A DNA stretch of 64,000 bases from an uncultured Gemmatimonadales bacterium (GTDB lineage: Bacteria > Gemmatimonadota > Gemmatimonadetes > Palauibacterales > Palauibacteraceae): the NCBI GenBank assembly GCA_947259585.1, contig CAMYMV010000001.1, forward strand, positions 20,135 to 84,134, given 5' to 3'. Under the pieces are notes generated by a model. It saw nothing but the letters and a program-made list of their open reading frames with translations, made no database searches and was not told the origin of the DNA. Position numbers and translations under genes: made by a program. This document shows, in pieces, positions 1-9,428 of this stretch (position 1 is the first letter of the stretch; each line of letters opens with the position of its first letter).

Positions 1-149
1 AGCGTCTCCAGAAGCGCGTCGGTGAAGCCGCGTCCGAGGCGACCGGTGGGCCACTCCTCCAGCTCACCCAGAGCCACCCTGAGTCGGATGACCGGAAAGC
101 GGGCATATAGGTTGGGCCCGAAGTAGACGGCCCGGTCGACGATCTTCAC
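1..149 (-). CDS. cphA: cyanophycin synthetase CphA, N-terminal fragment (gene continues beyond window start)
   Basis: Reverse-strand translation from a GTG at 149 reads VKIVDRAVYFGPNLYARFPVIRLRVALGELEEW..., which resembles the CphA N-terminus (MKIL..GPNYWS...). The GTG overlaps the cphB stop (GTGA). Only about 49 codons are in the window. Confidence 0.5.
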   Translation of the reverse strand, partial: MKIVDRAVYFGPNLYARFPVIRLRVALGELEEWPTGRLGRGFTDALLET

Positions 150-1006
150 AGGCCGGTGGGCGGCTCTGCGACGCGGGTGAACAGGTTGAACGTAGCGCCC
201 GCCACCAGGACGTGGACCTTCAGCCCGATGAGACAGACCGGCGCGTCCGCCTTGGCCGAGTCCATCGACGAGAACGACATGTCGGCGGGGTCCACGATCG
301 TAATCGCCCCGCTTCCGACCACCGTGAGCAGGTTGTCCCGGTCGATGACCGCCGCGGTGTCCTCATCCAGCCCCACGCCGACGCCGAACGGGTTGTAGGC
401 GAGGGCGGCGAGCAGCCGACCCAGACGGTCACGCTGCCGAAAGTGCTGATCGAGGATCACCTTCTTGAGCAGGCCGAGGCCCGGTGCCAGCGTGACCATG
501 TCCGCGCGGGGAGAGGGTCCCTCCTCCCCGAACGCGATCATGTGCTCGGACATGAACGCCGCTCCGGCGGACGTGCCGGCCACGGTCGTACCCGCCTCGT
601 TCAGGCGGCGCAGGGCGGCCGCCACCGGAGTTCCTCCCAACGTCGTGGAGAGCCGAAGCTGGTTTCCGCCCGTTAGAAAGACGCCATCCGCACGCTCCAG
701 CTCCTCGAGCCAATCCTGTCGCGTGCAGTCCTCTCGAGTCTCGAAGGGAAGCACGTGCACTTCGCCCGCGCCCAGCTCCCGGAACAGCTTACGGTACCTG
801 CGGCCCGTGGACTTCAACCTGGAGGCGGTGGGTATGACGACGACGTTGGCGCTGTCGCCGCCCGAGAGCGCGACAAAGCAGTTGAGGATCTCTGCGCCGG
901 GCAGCTTCTCCTCGGCGCCGCCGACGGGCATGATGCTCCCTCGATTCACGGTCGCTGAAGAAGCTGACGGAGGCGAGGGAGAGGGCTCTACGGCATATTC
1001 GCTCAT
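146..1006 (-). CDS. cphB: cyanophycinase (peptidase S51)
   Basis: 286-aa ORF with LTGGNQ and GTSAGA (serine nucleophile) motifs typical of cyanophycinase. It lies immediately upstream of the cphA start. Confidence 0.85.
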   Translation of the reverse strand: MSEYAVEPSPSPPSASSATVNRGSIMPVGGAEEKLPGAEILNCFVALSGGDSANVVVIPTASRLKSTGRRYRKLFRELGAGEVHVLPFETREDCTRQDWLEELERADGVFLTGGNQLRLSTTLGGTPVAAALRRLNEAGTTVAGTSAGAAFMSEHMIAFGEEGPSPRADMVTLAPGLGLLKKVILDQHFRQRDRLGRLLAALAYNPFGVGVGLDEDTAAVIDRDNLLTVVGSGAITIVDPADMSFSSMDSAKADAPVCLIGLKVHVLVAGATFNLFTRVAEPPTGL

Positions 1007-1254
1007 GGCGACTCTATCGCTCTGTGCTGGCTTCGGTTTTCGGTTGAATTGACCCGCTCACCGGCTCGGTGCGGAGGTGGTCCGCTCACCGGCCGGGGCC
1101 CCTGAAAACGACGGCCGGAAGCCGACGCGCGCAAGGCGTCTACAGGGGATTTCCGCGCGGCTCGAGTGGCCCCTCCAGCGGGCCCTGGCATCCCGCCCTG
1201 GGGCCGAGCACTTTTGGCCCTCGCAGTGGAAGAGCAACCAGGAGCAGCTCATCG

Positions 1255-2586
1255 ATGCCCGGATCACTTCGTCCAGCTCTCGCCCCCGCCACCCTCCTCC
1301 TTGGACTCGGACTCGTCGCCGGCGGGTCCGCCTCCGCGCAGAGCCTGACGCCGACGGAGGAGGCGATCGCCCGTTACGTGGACGAGCACACGGAGGAGGC
1401 GATCGCCTTCCTCGAGCGCGTCGTCAACATCAACAGCGGGACGATGAACCACGCCGGCGTGCGCGAGACCGGACGCGCGTTCGAGGCGGAGCTCGCGGCT
1501 CTTGGCTTCGATGTCCGTTGGATCGACATGCCCGCGGAGGTGAACAGAGCGGGCCACCTGTTCGCGGAGGTGGATGGAGGCGCCGGCCCTCGGGTGCTGC
1601 TCATCGGCCACCTGGACACCGTTTTCGAGGAGAACAGCCCCTTTCAGCGCTTCGAGCGTGACGGCCCGGTCGCCACCGGGCCAGGCGTCGAGGACATGAA
1701 GGGGGGGAACGTGGTCGTGCTGCTCGCCCTCCGGGCCCTCCATTCGGTCGGCGCCCTCGACGACGCGCGGATCGTCGTGGCCTTTACCGGAGATGAGGAG
1801 AAGCCGGGCCACCCCCTCGAGATCGCCCGGGCGGATCTTATCGATGCCGGGAGGCGGAGCGACGTGGCCCTCGGCTTCGAGGGCGGCGTGGACGGCACGA
1901 CGACGGCGACGGTCGCCAGACGCGGGTCGAGCGGCTGGACCCTCCGCGTCACGGGGGAGCGCGGCCATTCCTCGCAGGTTTTTGGAGAGAAGTACGGTGC
2001 GGGAGCGATCTTCGAGACCGCCCGGATACTCGCCGACTTCTACGACGAGGTGCGAGGCGAGGAATACCTCACGTTCAACCCCGGCATCATCCTGGGTGGC
2101 ACCGACGTGTCGTTCGACGAGGCGGACAGCGGGGGATCGGCGTTCGGGAAAACCAACGTGATCGCGCAGACCGTCGTCGTGGACGGCGGGTTGCGCTTCA
2201 TTTCAGGGGACCAGGAGGAGCGTACCCGCGCCGCGATGCGGAGGGTGGTCGAGCGGCATCTACCGAAGACGTCCGCCGACATCTCCTTCGAGGACGGGTA
2301 TCCCGCCATGCCGCCGAACGATGGCAACCTCGAGCTGCTCGGGGTGCTGGATCAGCTGAGCCGCGACCTCGGACTGGGACCGGTCGAAGCGGTGGATCCG
2401 GCGCGGCGCGGGGCGGCGGACATCTCCTTCGTCGCGTCCCACGTGGATGGCCTGGACGGCCTGGGGCTCGCGGGAGAAGGTAGCCACACGATCGAGGAAC
2501 TCGTGGACCTGAGCTCGCTTCCAATCGTGGCGAAGAGGGCGGCTCTCCTCATCCACCGTCTCACGAAGGCGGAGAGCGCCCGGTAG
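1255..2586 (+). CDS. secreted M20-family metallopeptidase (carboxypeptidase G2-like)
   Basis: HLDTVF, GVEDMKGG and GDEE motifs of the M20/CPG2 family. The ORF track starts at 1069, but the ATG at 1255 gives a classic signal peptide MPGSLRPALAPATLLLGLGLVAGGSASAQS. Confidence 0.8.
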   Translation: MPGSLRPALAPATLLLGLGLVAGGSASAQSLTPTEEAIARYVDEHTEEAIAFLERVVNINSGTMNHAGVRETGRAFEAELAALGFDVRWIDMPAEVNRAGHLFAEVDGGAGPRVLLIGHLDTVFEENSPFQRFERDGPVATGPGVEDMKGGNVVVLLALRALHSVGALDDARIVVAFTGDEEKPGHPLEIARADLIDAGRRSDVALGFEGGVDGTTTATVARRGSSGWTLRVTGERGHSSQVFGEKYGAGAIFETARILADFYDEVRGEEYLTFNPGIILGGTDVSFDEADSGGSAFGKTNVIAQTVVVDGGLRFISGDQEERTRAAMRRVVERHLPKTSADISFEDGYPAMPPNDGNLELLGVLDQLSRDLGLGPVEAVDPARRGAADISFVASHVDGLDGLGLAGEGSHTIEELVDLSSLPIVAKRAALLIHRLTKAESAR

Positions 2587-2649
2587 CCGTTCGAAAGTCC
2601 AGGCGGGTGGTGCCGCAGCCCTGACCTGCCTGTCTCTTCTAGCAGACGA

Positions 2650-2820
2650 TCAGACGAACCAGGCGTCCGCTTCGGTCTCTACCGCCATCTGAGCAGACTG
2701 AGTGCCCTGCATCGGCTCGTTGTCGTCGACCGGCTCTTCGGTCGCCCGCCGGCCGGCCAGAACCGCGGCCGCGACGCCGGCCACGAGCGTTACGATCGCA
2801 AGGCGAATCTCTAAGCGCAT
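2650..2820 (-). CDS. possible small membrane-anchored protein (56 aa), hypothetical
   Basis: ORF below the 60-aa track cut-off. It reads MRLEIRLAIVTLVAGVAAAVLAGRRATEEPVDDNEPMQGTQSAQMAVETEADAWFV, with a hydrophobic N-terminus and GC-rich third codon positions. It sits in the gap between the M20 peptidase and the transporter. Confidence 0.25.
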   Translation of the reverse strand: MRLEIRLAIVTLVAGVAAAVLAGRRATEEPVDDNEPMQGTQSAQMAVETEADAWFV

Positions 2821-3110
2821 GAACCCATCCTCCAGCAGCTTCTATACAGCTTGAAGCCCCCCTGTAACCACCAACTCCCTGCCTACGACTGTCGCACGAT
2901 CCGTGCTCGCGGCGAGCTCAGGGTAATGTGTTTGAAAATCAACGATTTACGGCAGGCGCTCCAACGCGTTGCCATCGTGTGTTTCCAGAGCGCAACGCAC
3001 TATGCAGGCCTTGACGCCGCAGCGCCAGGCCCCGTACGTCTCGGGCACGTCACAATCGTGCTGGAGCGCTGTGTCTCCATGTTTCACACCCAGATCTGGA
3101 GAGTCGAGAG

Positions 3111-4445
3111 ATGAACGAGGCGCCTCGAGAGCAGTGGGGCAGCCGTTTCGGCTTCGTGCTCGCCGCCGTCGGATCGGCGGTCGGCCTGGGCAACATGTGG
3201 CGCTTTCCGTACTTCGCCGCCGAGAACGGTGGGGCGGCCTTCGTATTCCTCTACATCATCATGGTGGCGCTGATCGGCCTGCCGATCATGCTGGCGGAGT
3301 TCGCTATCGGGCGGGGCTCGAAGAAGAGCCCGATCCTGGCGCTCGCCCACTTCGGCGGCAACGCCTGGAAGCCGCTTGGCGTCCTCTTCGTGCTCGGCGG
3401 CTTTCTCATCCTGTCGTACTACGCCGTGATCGCGGGCTGGACCCTCCGCTACGCGTGGAACGCGCTGTCCGTGGGCTTCGGCAGCGACCCGGCCGGCTTC
3501 TTTGGCGAGGTCTCGACCGGCGGAGATGCCGCACTCTGGCACCTGCTGTTCATGGCGGTCACGGTCCTCATCGTCGCCGGCGGGATTCGGGCGGGCATCG
3601 AGCGCAGCGCCATCATCCTGATGCCGCTCCTGGCCCTGATCGTCGTGGGCCTGGCCATCTTCGCCTCGACGCTGCCCGGGGCCGGAGCGGGCTACGCGTT
3701 CTATCTCAAGGCGGACTTCAGCGAACTCCTCTCGCTGAGCGTACTCACCGAGGCGACGAGCCAGGCTTTCTTCAGCCTGAGCCTGGGGATGGGCGCGATG
3801 CTCACCTACTCGAGTTACCTCTCGCGAGACGACAACATGCCCCGTGAAGCGGTGATCATCGCGGGATCCGACTTCATGATCGCCTTCCTCGCGGGCCTGA
3901 TGGTCTTTCCGCTCATCTTCGCCCTCGGCTTGTCGGACGAGCTGAGCGACAGCACGATCGGTGCATTGTTCATCAGCCTTCCGAACGCTTTCGGCGAGAT
4001 GGGCGCGGTCGGCAGGCCGGTGGGGATCCTCTTCTTCGTGGCGCTTCTGGTCGGCGCTCTCACGTCGGCCATCTCGCTGCTCGAGGTCGTCGTCTCCGCG
4101 ATCATCGACACCTGGAAGTGGCCTCGGAGGAAAGCGGCGCTGATCATGGGGGCCCTCATCACGATGGTCGGGATCCCATCGGCCCTCAGCATAGACTTCC
4201 TGGGTCTGGTGGATCAGCTGGCCGCCAACCTCTTCCTGGTCGTCGGCGCGTTCTCGCTCTCGATCTTCGTCGGGTGGGTGATGCCGGATCCGATCGGGGA
4301 GGTCAGCAAGGGGGCGGAGAACATACGCTGGCTGCCCTTGTGGTACGCGTTCATCCGCTACGTCGTGCCGCCTTTGCTCCTGTTCGTTCTCTACTTCACG
4401 GTGATCAACACCTGGAACATGGTCACGGGTCTGATCGGCGGCTGA
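3111..4445 (+). CDS. sodium-dependent transporter, neurotransmitter:sodium symporter (NSS/SNF) family
   Basis: GLGNMWRFPY hallmark near the N-terminus and multiple hydrophobic TM segments. There is a GGAGAG RBS before the ATG, and an approximately 280-bp lower-GC leader upstream. Confidence 0.9.
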   Translation: MNEAPREQWGSRFGFVLAAVGSAVGLGNMWRFPYFAAENGGAAFVFLYIIMVALIGLPIMLAEFAIGRGSKKSPILALAHFGGNAWKPLGVLFVLGGFLILSYYAVIAGWTLRYAWNALSVGFGSDPAGFFGEVSTGGDAALWHLLFMAVTVLIVAGGIRAGIERSAIILMPLLALIVVGLAIFASTLPGAGAGYAFYLKADFSELLSLSVLTEATSQAFFSLSLGMGAMLTYSSYLSRDDNMPREAVIIAGSDFMIAFLAGLMVFPLIFALGLSDELSDSTIGALFISLPNAFGEMGAVGRPVGILFFVALLVGALTSAISLLEVVVSAIIDTWKWPRRKAALIMGALITMVGIPSALSIDFLGLVDQLAANLFLVVGAFSLSIFVGWVMPDPIGEVSKGAENIRWLPLWYAFIRYVVPPLLLFVLYFTVINTWNMVTGLIGG

Positions 4446-4495
4446 GCGTCCGGCGTCCCCTCGCCCGATCGGGGCGAGCGGGGTAGTCCTGACGA

Positions 4496-4933
4496 TCAGG
4501 GCGAGGGCGGCAGCTCCCAGCGAATCGGGGCGGTGGTGTCCGGCGACGAAGAAGGTGCCATGTCGGGCAGATCGACGTACTCGGATCCGAGCTCGTTCCC
4601 GTCCAGGTCGACCGCTCTCAGCTTCAGCGGGTCAGATCCCACCCGAACCTCGATCCGAACGGAATCACCCGAGGCCACCGTGTCGAGCAGCACCTCGCCG
4701 GCACCGGCGCTCGCGTACACGATCACCGGGTAGACACGAGGGTTCACGAGTCTGAACGGGTAGGAGGGGAGACTCGCCGGGACGGTGGCGCCCGGCTCCG
4801 ATCCGCCGGACGCCGTCCGGCCGCTCGATGCGGAGCCGCGCGAGCCCGGACCCTCGTCGCAGGAGGAGAGCCCGACCAACACTCCGGCGACCATCAGAGA
4901 AGAGGCAAGCAGCCACGGGCCCGAGAGCCTCAT
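4496..4933 (-). CDS. hypothetical lipoprotein
   Basis: An internal ATG gives MRLSGPWLLASSLMVAGVLVGLSSC (lipobox LSSC). That ATG overlaps the glpD stop (ATGA). Confidence 0.5.
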   Translation of the reverse strand: MRLSGPWLLASSLMVAGVLVGLSSCDEGPGSRGSASSGRTASGGSEPGATVPASLPSYPFRLVNPRVYPVIVYASAGAGEVLLDTVASGDSVRIEVRVGSDPLKLRAVDLDGNELGSEYVDLPDMAPSSSPDTTAPIRWELPPSP

Positions 4934-6648
4934 GCGCCGCCTGCCTCGAGCTCGGCGCGGAAGATCTCGTTCCGCTGCCGAATGGCCTCGGCCCTTTCCA
5001 CCTCCGTCTCCTCGCGGATCGCGTCCCACTCCAGCTCCTCTCTCATGATCGCCGCGATGCGAGCCACTCCCGCGGCGAAGTCTTCCGTCTCCAAGCCCAG
5101 GCGCGTCCGCCGGAACGCGATGTCCTCGACGTGGACCGGCATCTCCTCTCGAACCGAGTACAGGATCTCGGCCGCGATGTTCGGGCGGTCCGCCACGACG
5201 CGCTCCCTCAGGTCGGGCCGCTCGGCGGCGAGATCCAGCACCTGTTCCGCCTTGGTGCCGTACGTCTCGGCCATCGGAGAGAGCGCCGAAGAATCGAGCC
5301 CGAGCGCCGTCCCCCGCTTCTCGAGAGAGCCGAGCAGGTCCTCGAGGCTTTCGAACTCCCCTCCCGGCAGCAGCCTATCGGCCGTGGCCGAGGGTGCGGG
5401 CTCGGCGGCCCCTTTCTCGACCAGGCTCTCGACCGCGCGATCCATGATCTCCTCCGCCATCGCTCGGTGGGAGGTGAGCTTCCCGCCAGCGATCGTGAGC
5501 AGACCGGGAAGCTCTTCGAGGATCACGTGCTCCCGGGAGACATCGTCCTCGTCCTCGCCCTCGCCCGCCTCGCCCGCCACGAGGGGACGCAGCCCCGCCC
5601 AGGCGCTGATCACGTCTTCCGCGGTCAGCTTCGCTTCCGGAAAGAGCCGATTGGTGGAATCCAGCAGGTAACGGACGTCGTCTCCGGTGGGGCGGACCGC
5701 CTCGGGGGGTCCCTCGTAATCCTCATCCGTCGTCCCGATCAGCGTGAGATCGCCCCACGGCAGCACGAACATAATCCGGCCGTCCAGCGCCGACTCGAAG
5801 ATGAGCGCCCGCTTGTGTCCGATGCGGTCCCGCCGGACGTGGATGTGGGTGCCGCGGGTGGGCCTCAGCAGGGGCTGCCGGGAGATCCCGCCCCGCCGGG
5901 CGGTCTCATCCGTCCACGGGCCGGTCGCGTTGACCACGACGTTCGCGCGGATCTCCCATTCCGACGCCCGGCCGGCCTCACCGGCGCGCCTGGCCTCGCC
6001 CGCCCGATCGGAGGACTGCGACGGAGGCGCCAGATCCCGCACGCTCACCCCACGTGCCTGTCCCTCCTCGACCAGCATCTCGGCCGCCACTCGGTTCGCG
6101 GCCGCCGCGCCCATCTCGACGGCAGAGCGCACGGTGGCGAGCACCAGGCGCGCGTCGTCCACCTGGGCGTCGAAATAGCGCGCGCCGCCGAGCAGACCGT
6201 CGCGAGAGAGCGTCGGCTCCCGCCACAGCACCTCCCCCTCATTCAGCATCTGGTGCCGCTCGATGTTCCGAAACAGGGACAGCGCGTCGTACAGCCACAT
6301 CCCCGCGGTCATCGTCAGCCGTCCGACCCGGCCCTCCCGGTAGAGGGGGAAGAGAAACTCCAGGGGGCGCACCATGTGAGGCGCGATTCGGAGGAGGGTT
6401 CGGCGCTCGCGGCTCGCCTCGAAGACCAGGTCGAGCTCGAACTGCTCCAGGTACCTGAGACCTCCGTGGATGAGACGGGATGATCGGCTGCTCGTCCCCT
6501 CGCCGAAGTCCCTCGCCTCGACGAGCGCCGTTCGCAGCCCCCGGCTGGCCGCGTCACGAGCGGTGGCCGCGCCGGTGATTCCGCCGCCGATGACCAGGAC
6601 GTCGAACGGCTCGGCACGCAGCCGGCGGATGCACTCCGCCCGATTCAC
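4930..6648 (-). CDS. glpD: FAD-dependent glycerol-3-phosphate dehydrogenase
   Basis: DVLVIGGGITGAATARDAA...LIHGGLRYLEQFE matches the GlpD dinucleotide-binding N-terminus. The likely GTG start at 6648 overlaps the stop of the upstream ADH (GTGA), so the 598-aa track ORF is over-extended. A low-complexity insertion (APPSQSSDRAGEARRAGEAGRASE) is present. Confidence 0.85.
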   Translation of the reverse strand: MNRAECIRRLRAEPFDVLVIGGGITGAATARDAASRGLRTALVEARDFGEGTSSRSSRLIHGGLRYLEQFELDLVFEASRERRTLLRIAPHMVRPLEFLFPLYREGRVGRLTMTAGMWLYDALSLFRNIERHQMLNEGEVLWREPTLSRDGLLGGARYFDAQVDDARLVLATVRSAVEMGAAAANRVAAEMLVEEGQARGVSVRDLAPPSQSSDRAGEARRAGEAGRASEWEIRANVVVNATGPWTDETARRGGISRQPLLRPTRGTHIHVRRDRIGHKRALIFESALDGRIMFVLPWGDLTLIGTTDEDYEGPPEAVRPTGDDVRYLLDSTNRLFPEAKLTAEDVISAWAGLRPLVAGEAGEGEDEDDVSREHVILEELPGLLTIAGGKLTSHRAMAEEIMDRAVESLVEKGAAEPAPSATADRLLPGGEFESLEDLLGSLEKRGTALGLDSSALSPMAETYGTKAEQVLDLAAERPDLRERVVADRPNIAAEILYSVREEMPVHVEDIAFRRTRLGLETEDFAAGVARIAAIMREELEWDAIREETEVERAEAIRQRNEIFRAELEAGGA

Positions 6649-7670
6649 GGCGTCAGGACGATCTTGCCGAACGCCTCGCCGGCCTCGAGACGCTCGTGCG
6701 CCTCGACGACCCGCTCCAGGGGCCACACGACGTCAACCACGGGCTCGAGGGAGCCGTCGAACACCAGCCCCATCACCTCCACGAACTCTGCGTGGCTGGC
6801 CATCGTGCTCCCGATGATCTGCAGCTGCTTCCAGAAGACCAGGCGAATGTCCTGGCAGCCTTCCGCACCGGTCGTGGCGCCGTACGTGACCAAACGGCCG
6901 TTCCGCGCCAGCGAGCCTACCGTGCTCTTCCAGGTCATCTCGCCGACGCTGTCCAGCGCCACGTCCACGCCGCGACGCTCGGTGAGCTCCCGCACGGCGG
7001 TCGAGGGATCCTCCAAATCACGGTCGATGACGTGGTCCGCTCCCATCGCCCGCACGGCCTCCACCCAGGGACCGCTGGTCACGGCGATGACCCTGGCCTC
7101 GAGCCGCCTGGCGATCTGAATGGCGGCGGTGGAGACACCGCCGGAGGCTCCGGTTACGAGGACCGTCTCCCCCGCTTTCAGCCGGGCTCTCCCGACGAGC
7201 GCCCGCCACGCGGTCTGGAAGACGAGAGGCGCGGCCGCGGCGTGGTGGGCGGGAAAACCTTCCGGCAGGCGAAGGAGGTTTCCGGAGGGCACTCGCACCC
7301 GCTCGGCCATGGCACCCGCCACGTGCTCGCCGAGGATGTGATATCGCTCGCAGAGGCTGTGCTCCCCCCGGAGGCACCACTCGCACTCGCCGCACCAGAG
7401 GCCGGGATTCGCCGTGACGCGATCACCCGCCCTCCACTCTTCCACCCCTCGTCCCACCTCCGAGACGGTTCCGGCGAAGTCCGAGCCGCCGACGTGGGGA
7501 AGGGCCACGTTCAGACCGGGCAGGCCGCGCCGCACCCACAGATCCAGGTGGTTGAGCGCGGCCGCCTCGACCTCCACGATCACCTCGCCCGGCCCGGGCT
7601 CGGGATCGGGAAGCTCGCCGACCACGAGAACGTCCGGCCCACCATGAGCGTCGAAGTATGCCGCCTTCAT
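6645..7670 (-). CDS. zinc-binding alcohol dehydrogenase / quinone oxidoreductase (MDR family)
   Basis: MKAAYFDAHGGPDVLVVGELPDPEPGPGEVIVEVEAAALNHLD... is an MDR-family N-terminus, with a GxGxxG-type VTGASGGVSTAA motif. The start is taken at the internal ATG at 7670. Confidence 0.8.
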   Translation of the reverse strand: MKAAYFDAHGGPDVLVVGELPDPEPGPGEVIVEVEAAALNHLDLWVRRGLPGLNVALPHVGGSDFAGTVSEVGRGVEEWRAGDRVTANPGLWCGECEWCLRGEHSLCERYHILGEHVAGAMAERVRVPSGNLLRLPEGFPAHHAAAAPLVFQTAWRALVGRARLKAGETVLVTGASGGVSTAAIQIARRLEARVIAVTSGPWVEAVRAMGADHVIDRDLEDPSTAVRELTERRGVDVALDSVGEMTWKSTVGSLARNGRLVTYGATTGAEGCQDIRLVFWKQLQIIGSTMASHAEFVEVMGLVFDGSLEPVVDVVWPLERVVEAHERLEAGEAFGKIVLTP

Positions 7671-7683
7671 GCCTCTGCACCCC

Positions 7684-8307
7684 TCACGTTGTCGTACTCT
7701 CCGGGGAGACGCGGCTTCGCGGCTCCCTCTCCAACACGAGCATCCGCATCCATCCTCCCGACAGCGTCTCCTCGACGAGTGTTCGAAGAGGAGCGGGCTC
7801 GACATAGGTGCGCGTGTCCCGGTTCCAGTGCTCGCCGACCAGCGGACCGGATATCCTCGTCAACAGGTCGGCCAACGTACCTGCGCCACCCGAGGGTCGC
7901 ACGTGATCGAGCATCACCATCCGGCCGGCGTCGGCGAGGGCATCGACCGCCTCCGCCACCGAGCGAACCGGATCGTCGACCTCGCACCAAACGAACGTCT
8001 CGACGACGGCCTCGAAGCAAGCGGCACGGAAAGGCAGCCGGTCGGCCTCCGCGGCCACCGCCAGCTCGAGCCCTCTCGAGCGTGCCCGCCGCAGGATGGC
8101 ACTGGATCGATCGACGCCGACCACCGTCCAGCCGGCCGGGTGATGGGGCCGGTTCCGTCCGCTGCCCACGCCAAGCTCGAGAAGGCGTCCCGACTCGCCC
8201 GGAGCGTCGAGCCCGTCCCAGAGCTTTCTCCGCAGGGCGGCGAAGCCGATTCGCTCCATGCCGGCGAGCAGGAGATCGGCAAGCCGGGCGTAGCCGTCAT
8301 GGCTCAA
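7684..8307 (-). CDS. class I SAM-dependent methyltransferase
   Basis: LELGVGSGRN motif I and a Methyltransf_11-like layout. It is the first gene of the MTase-ADH-glpD-lipoprotein string. Confidence 0.7.
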   Translation of the reverse strand: MSHDGYARLADLLLAGMERIGFAALRRKLWDGLDAPGESGRLLELGVGSGRNRPHHPAGWTVVGVDRSSAILRRARSRGLELAVAAEADRLPFRAACFEAVVETFVWCEVDDPVRSVAEAVDALADAGRMVMLDHVRPSGGAGTLADLLTRISGPLVGEHWNRDTRTYVEPAPLRTLVEETLSGGWMRMLVLEREPRSRVSPESTTT

Positions 8308-8339
8308 CCCGGCCCGCGCCGGCTCGAGGCGGGATCTTC

Positions 8340-8583
8340 TCCGGTGCCCGAGTGGTACTTGAGATCGAGTCTCAACGCTACTTGAAATCCATTCTCAACG
8401 AGCGTACCTTCGACGTAACTGATAATGGTTATCGATTTCGGCCGCTCGTCGGCCGTTTCGGCGCTATGGGACGGGCCGATGGCTTTGTTCGCCTGCCGTC
8501 GCCCGACTTCGATTCGACTTCAAAGTAGGGGCGGGTGCGGCCGTTCACGACGCCTTGCCACCCGTCAGACAGGATAGCCGGAG
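8340..8583 (+). promoter_or_regulatory. suf operon promoter/operator region with Fur-box-like palindrome and tandem 22-bp direct repeats
   Basis: AT-richer island. Two back-to-back 22-bp direct repeats lie at about 8356-8377 and 8379-8400 (TACTTGAgATCgAgTCTCAACG / TACTTGAaATCcAtTCTCAACG). tGATAATgGTTATCg at about 8420-8434 resembles the 7-1-7 Fur box TGATAATnATTATCA. The sufC ATG follows at 8584. Confidence 0.35.
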
Positions 8584-9372
8584 ATGCCAGACCATTTGCT
8601 CGAGATAAGCGACCTCCACGTCACCCTCGAGGGAGAGGGTGCGGAGATCCTCCGCGGCGTGGACCTCACGGTCGGCAGCAGCGAGATCCACGCCCTCATG
8701 GGCCCCAACGGTTCCGGGAAGAGCACTCTCGCCAAGGTCATCGCGGGCCATCCGGCCTACCAGGTGACCCGAGGGGAGATTCTCCTCAACGGCGAGAGCG
8801 TCCTGGAGCTCGAGCCGAACGAGCGCAGCCGGGCCGGGATCTTCATGGCCTTCCAGTATCCGGCCGAAATCCCGGGCGTGACGATCGCCAACTTCCTGCG
8901 CGCGTCGCTCAATGCCCGCCGGGAAGACGATGACGAGATCGACGTCTTTGCCTTCCATCAGCTTCTGCAGGAGAAGATGGCGCTTCTGGAGGTGGATCCG
9001 GACTTCTCCGCACGCTACGTCAACGACGGATTCAGCGGAGGCGAGAAGAAGCGAAACGAGATCCTCCAGATGGCCGTGCTGGAGCCCCAGCTGGCCGTGC
9101 TCGACGAGACGGACAGCGGCCTGGATATCGACGCGCTCAGGATCGTGTCGAACGGCGTCAACACGCTGGCCGAAGCGGATGAAAAGCTCGGCGTGCTCCT
9201 GATCACGCACTACAAGCGGATCCTCCAGTACATCAAGCCCGACCACGTGCACGTTTTGATAAGGGGCCGTGTGGCGGAAAGCGGCGGGGCGGACCTGGCC
9301 GACCACCTCGAGGAGCACGGGTACGACTGGCTGAAGGAAGAGACCGAGGCGGTCCCCGCTGGAGGTGCGTAG
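8584..9372 (+). CDS. sufC: Fe-S cluster assembly ATPase SufC
   Basis: Walker [13 protein letters not shown] signature LSGGEKKR and overall SufC length and layout. Confidence 0.95.
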   Translation: MPDHLLEISDLHVTLEGEGAEILRGVDLTVGSSEIHALMGPNGSGKSTLAKVIAGHPAYQVTRGEILLNGESVLELEPNERSRAGIFMAFQYPAEIPGVTIANFLRASLNARREDDDEIDVFAFHQLLQEKMALLEVDPDFSARYVNDGFSGGEKKRNEILQMAVLEPQLAVLDETDSGLDIDALRIVSNGVNTLAEADEKLGVLLITHYKRILQYIKPDHVHVLIRGRVAESGGADLADHLEEHGYDWLKEETEAVPAGGA

Positions 9373-9428
9373 GCCGCCCGATCGCACGTAACCGAGAGAC
9401 CGGATCGCACGTAGCCAAGAGAGAAGAT

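Noticed and set aside
1069-1254. N-terminal 62-codon extension of the M20 peptidase ORF
   Set aside because: The ATG at 1255 yields a textbook signal peptide; the extension is Arg/Gly/Pro/Ser-rich junk.
3030-3110. CRP-like TGTGT-N9-TCACA element (tgtgtctccatgtttcacac) just upstream of the transporter start
   Set aside because: The spacing is not the canonical 6 nt, and the element overlaps the RBS region. I mention it only as a possible operator and do not call it a feature.
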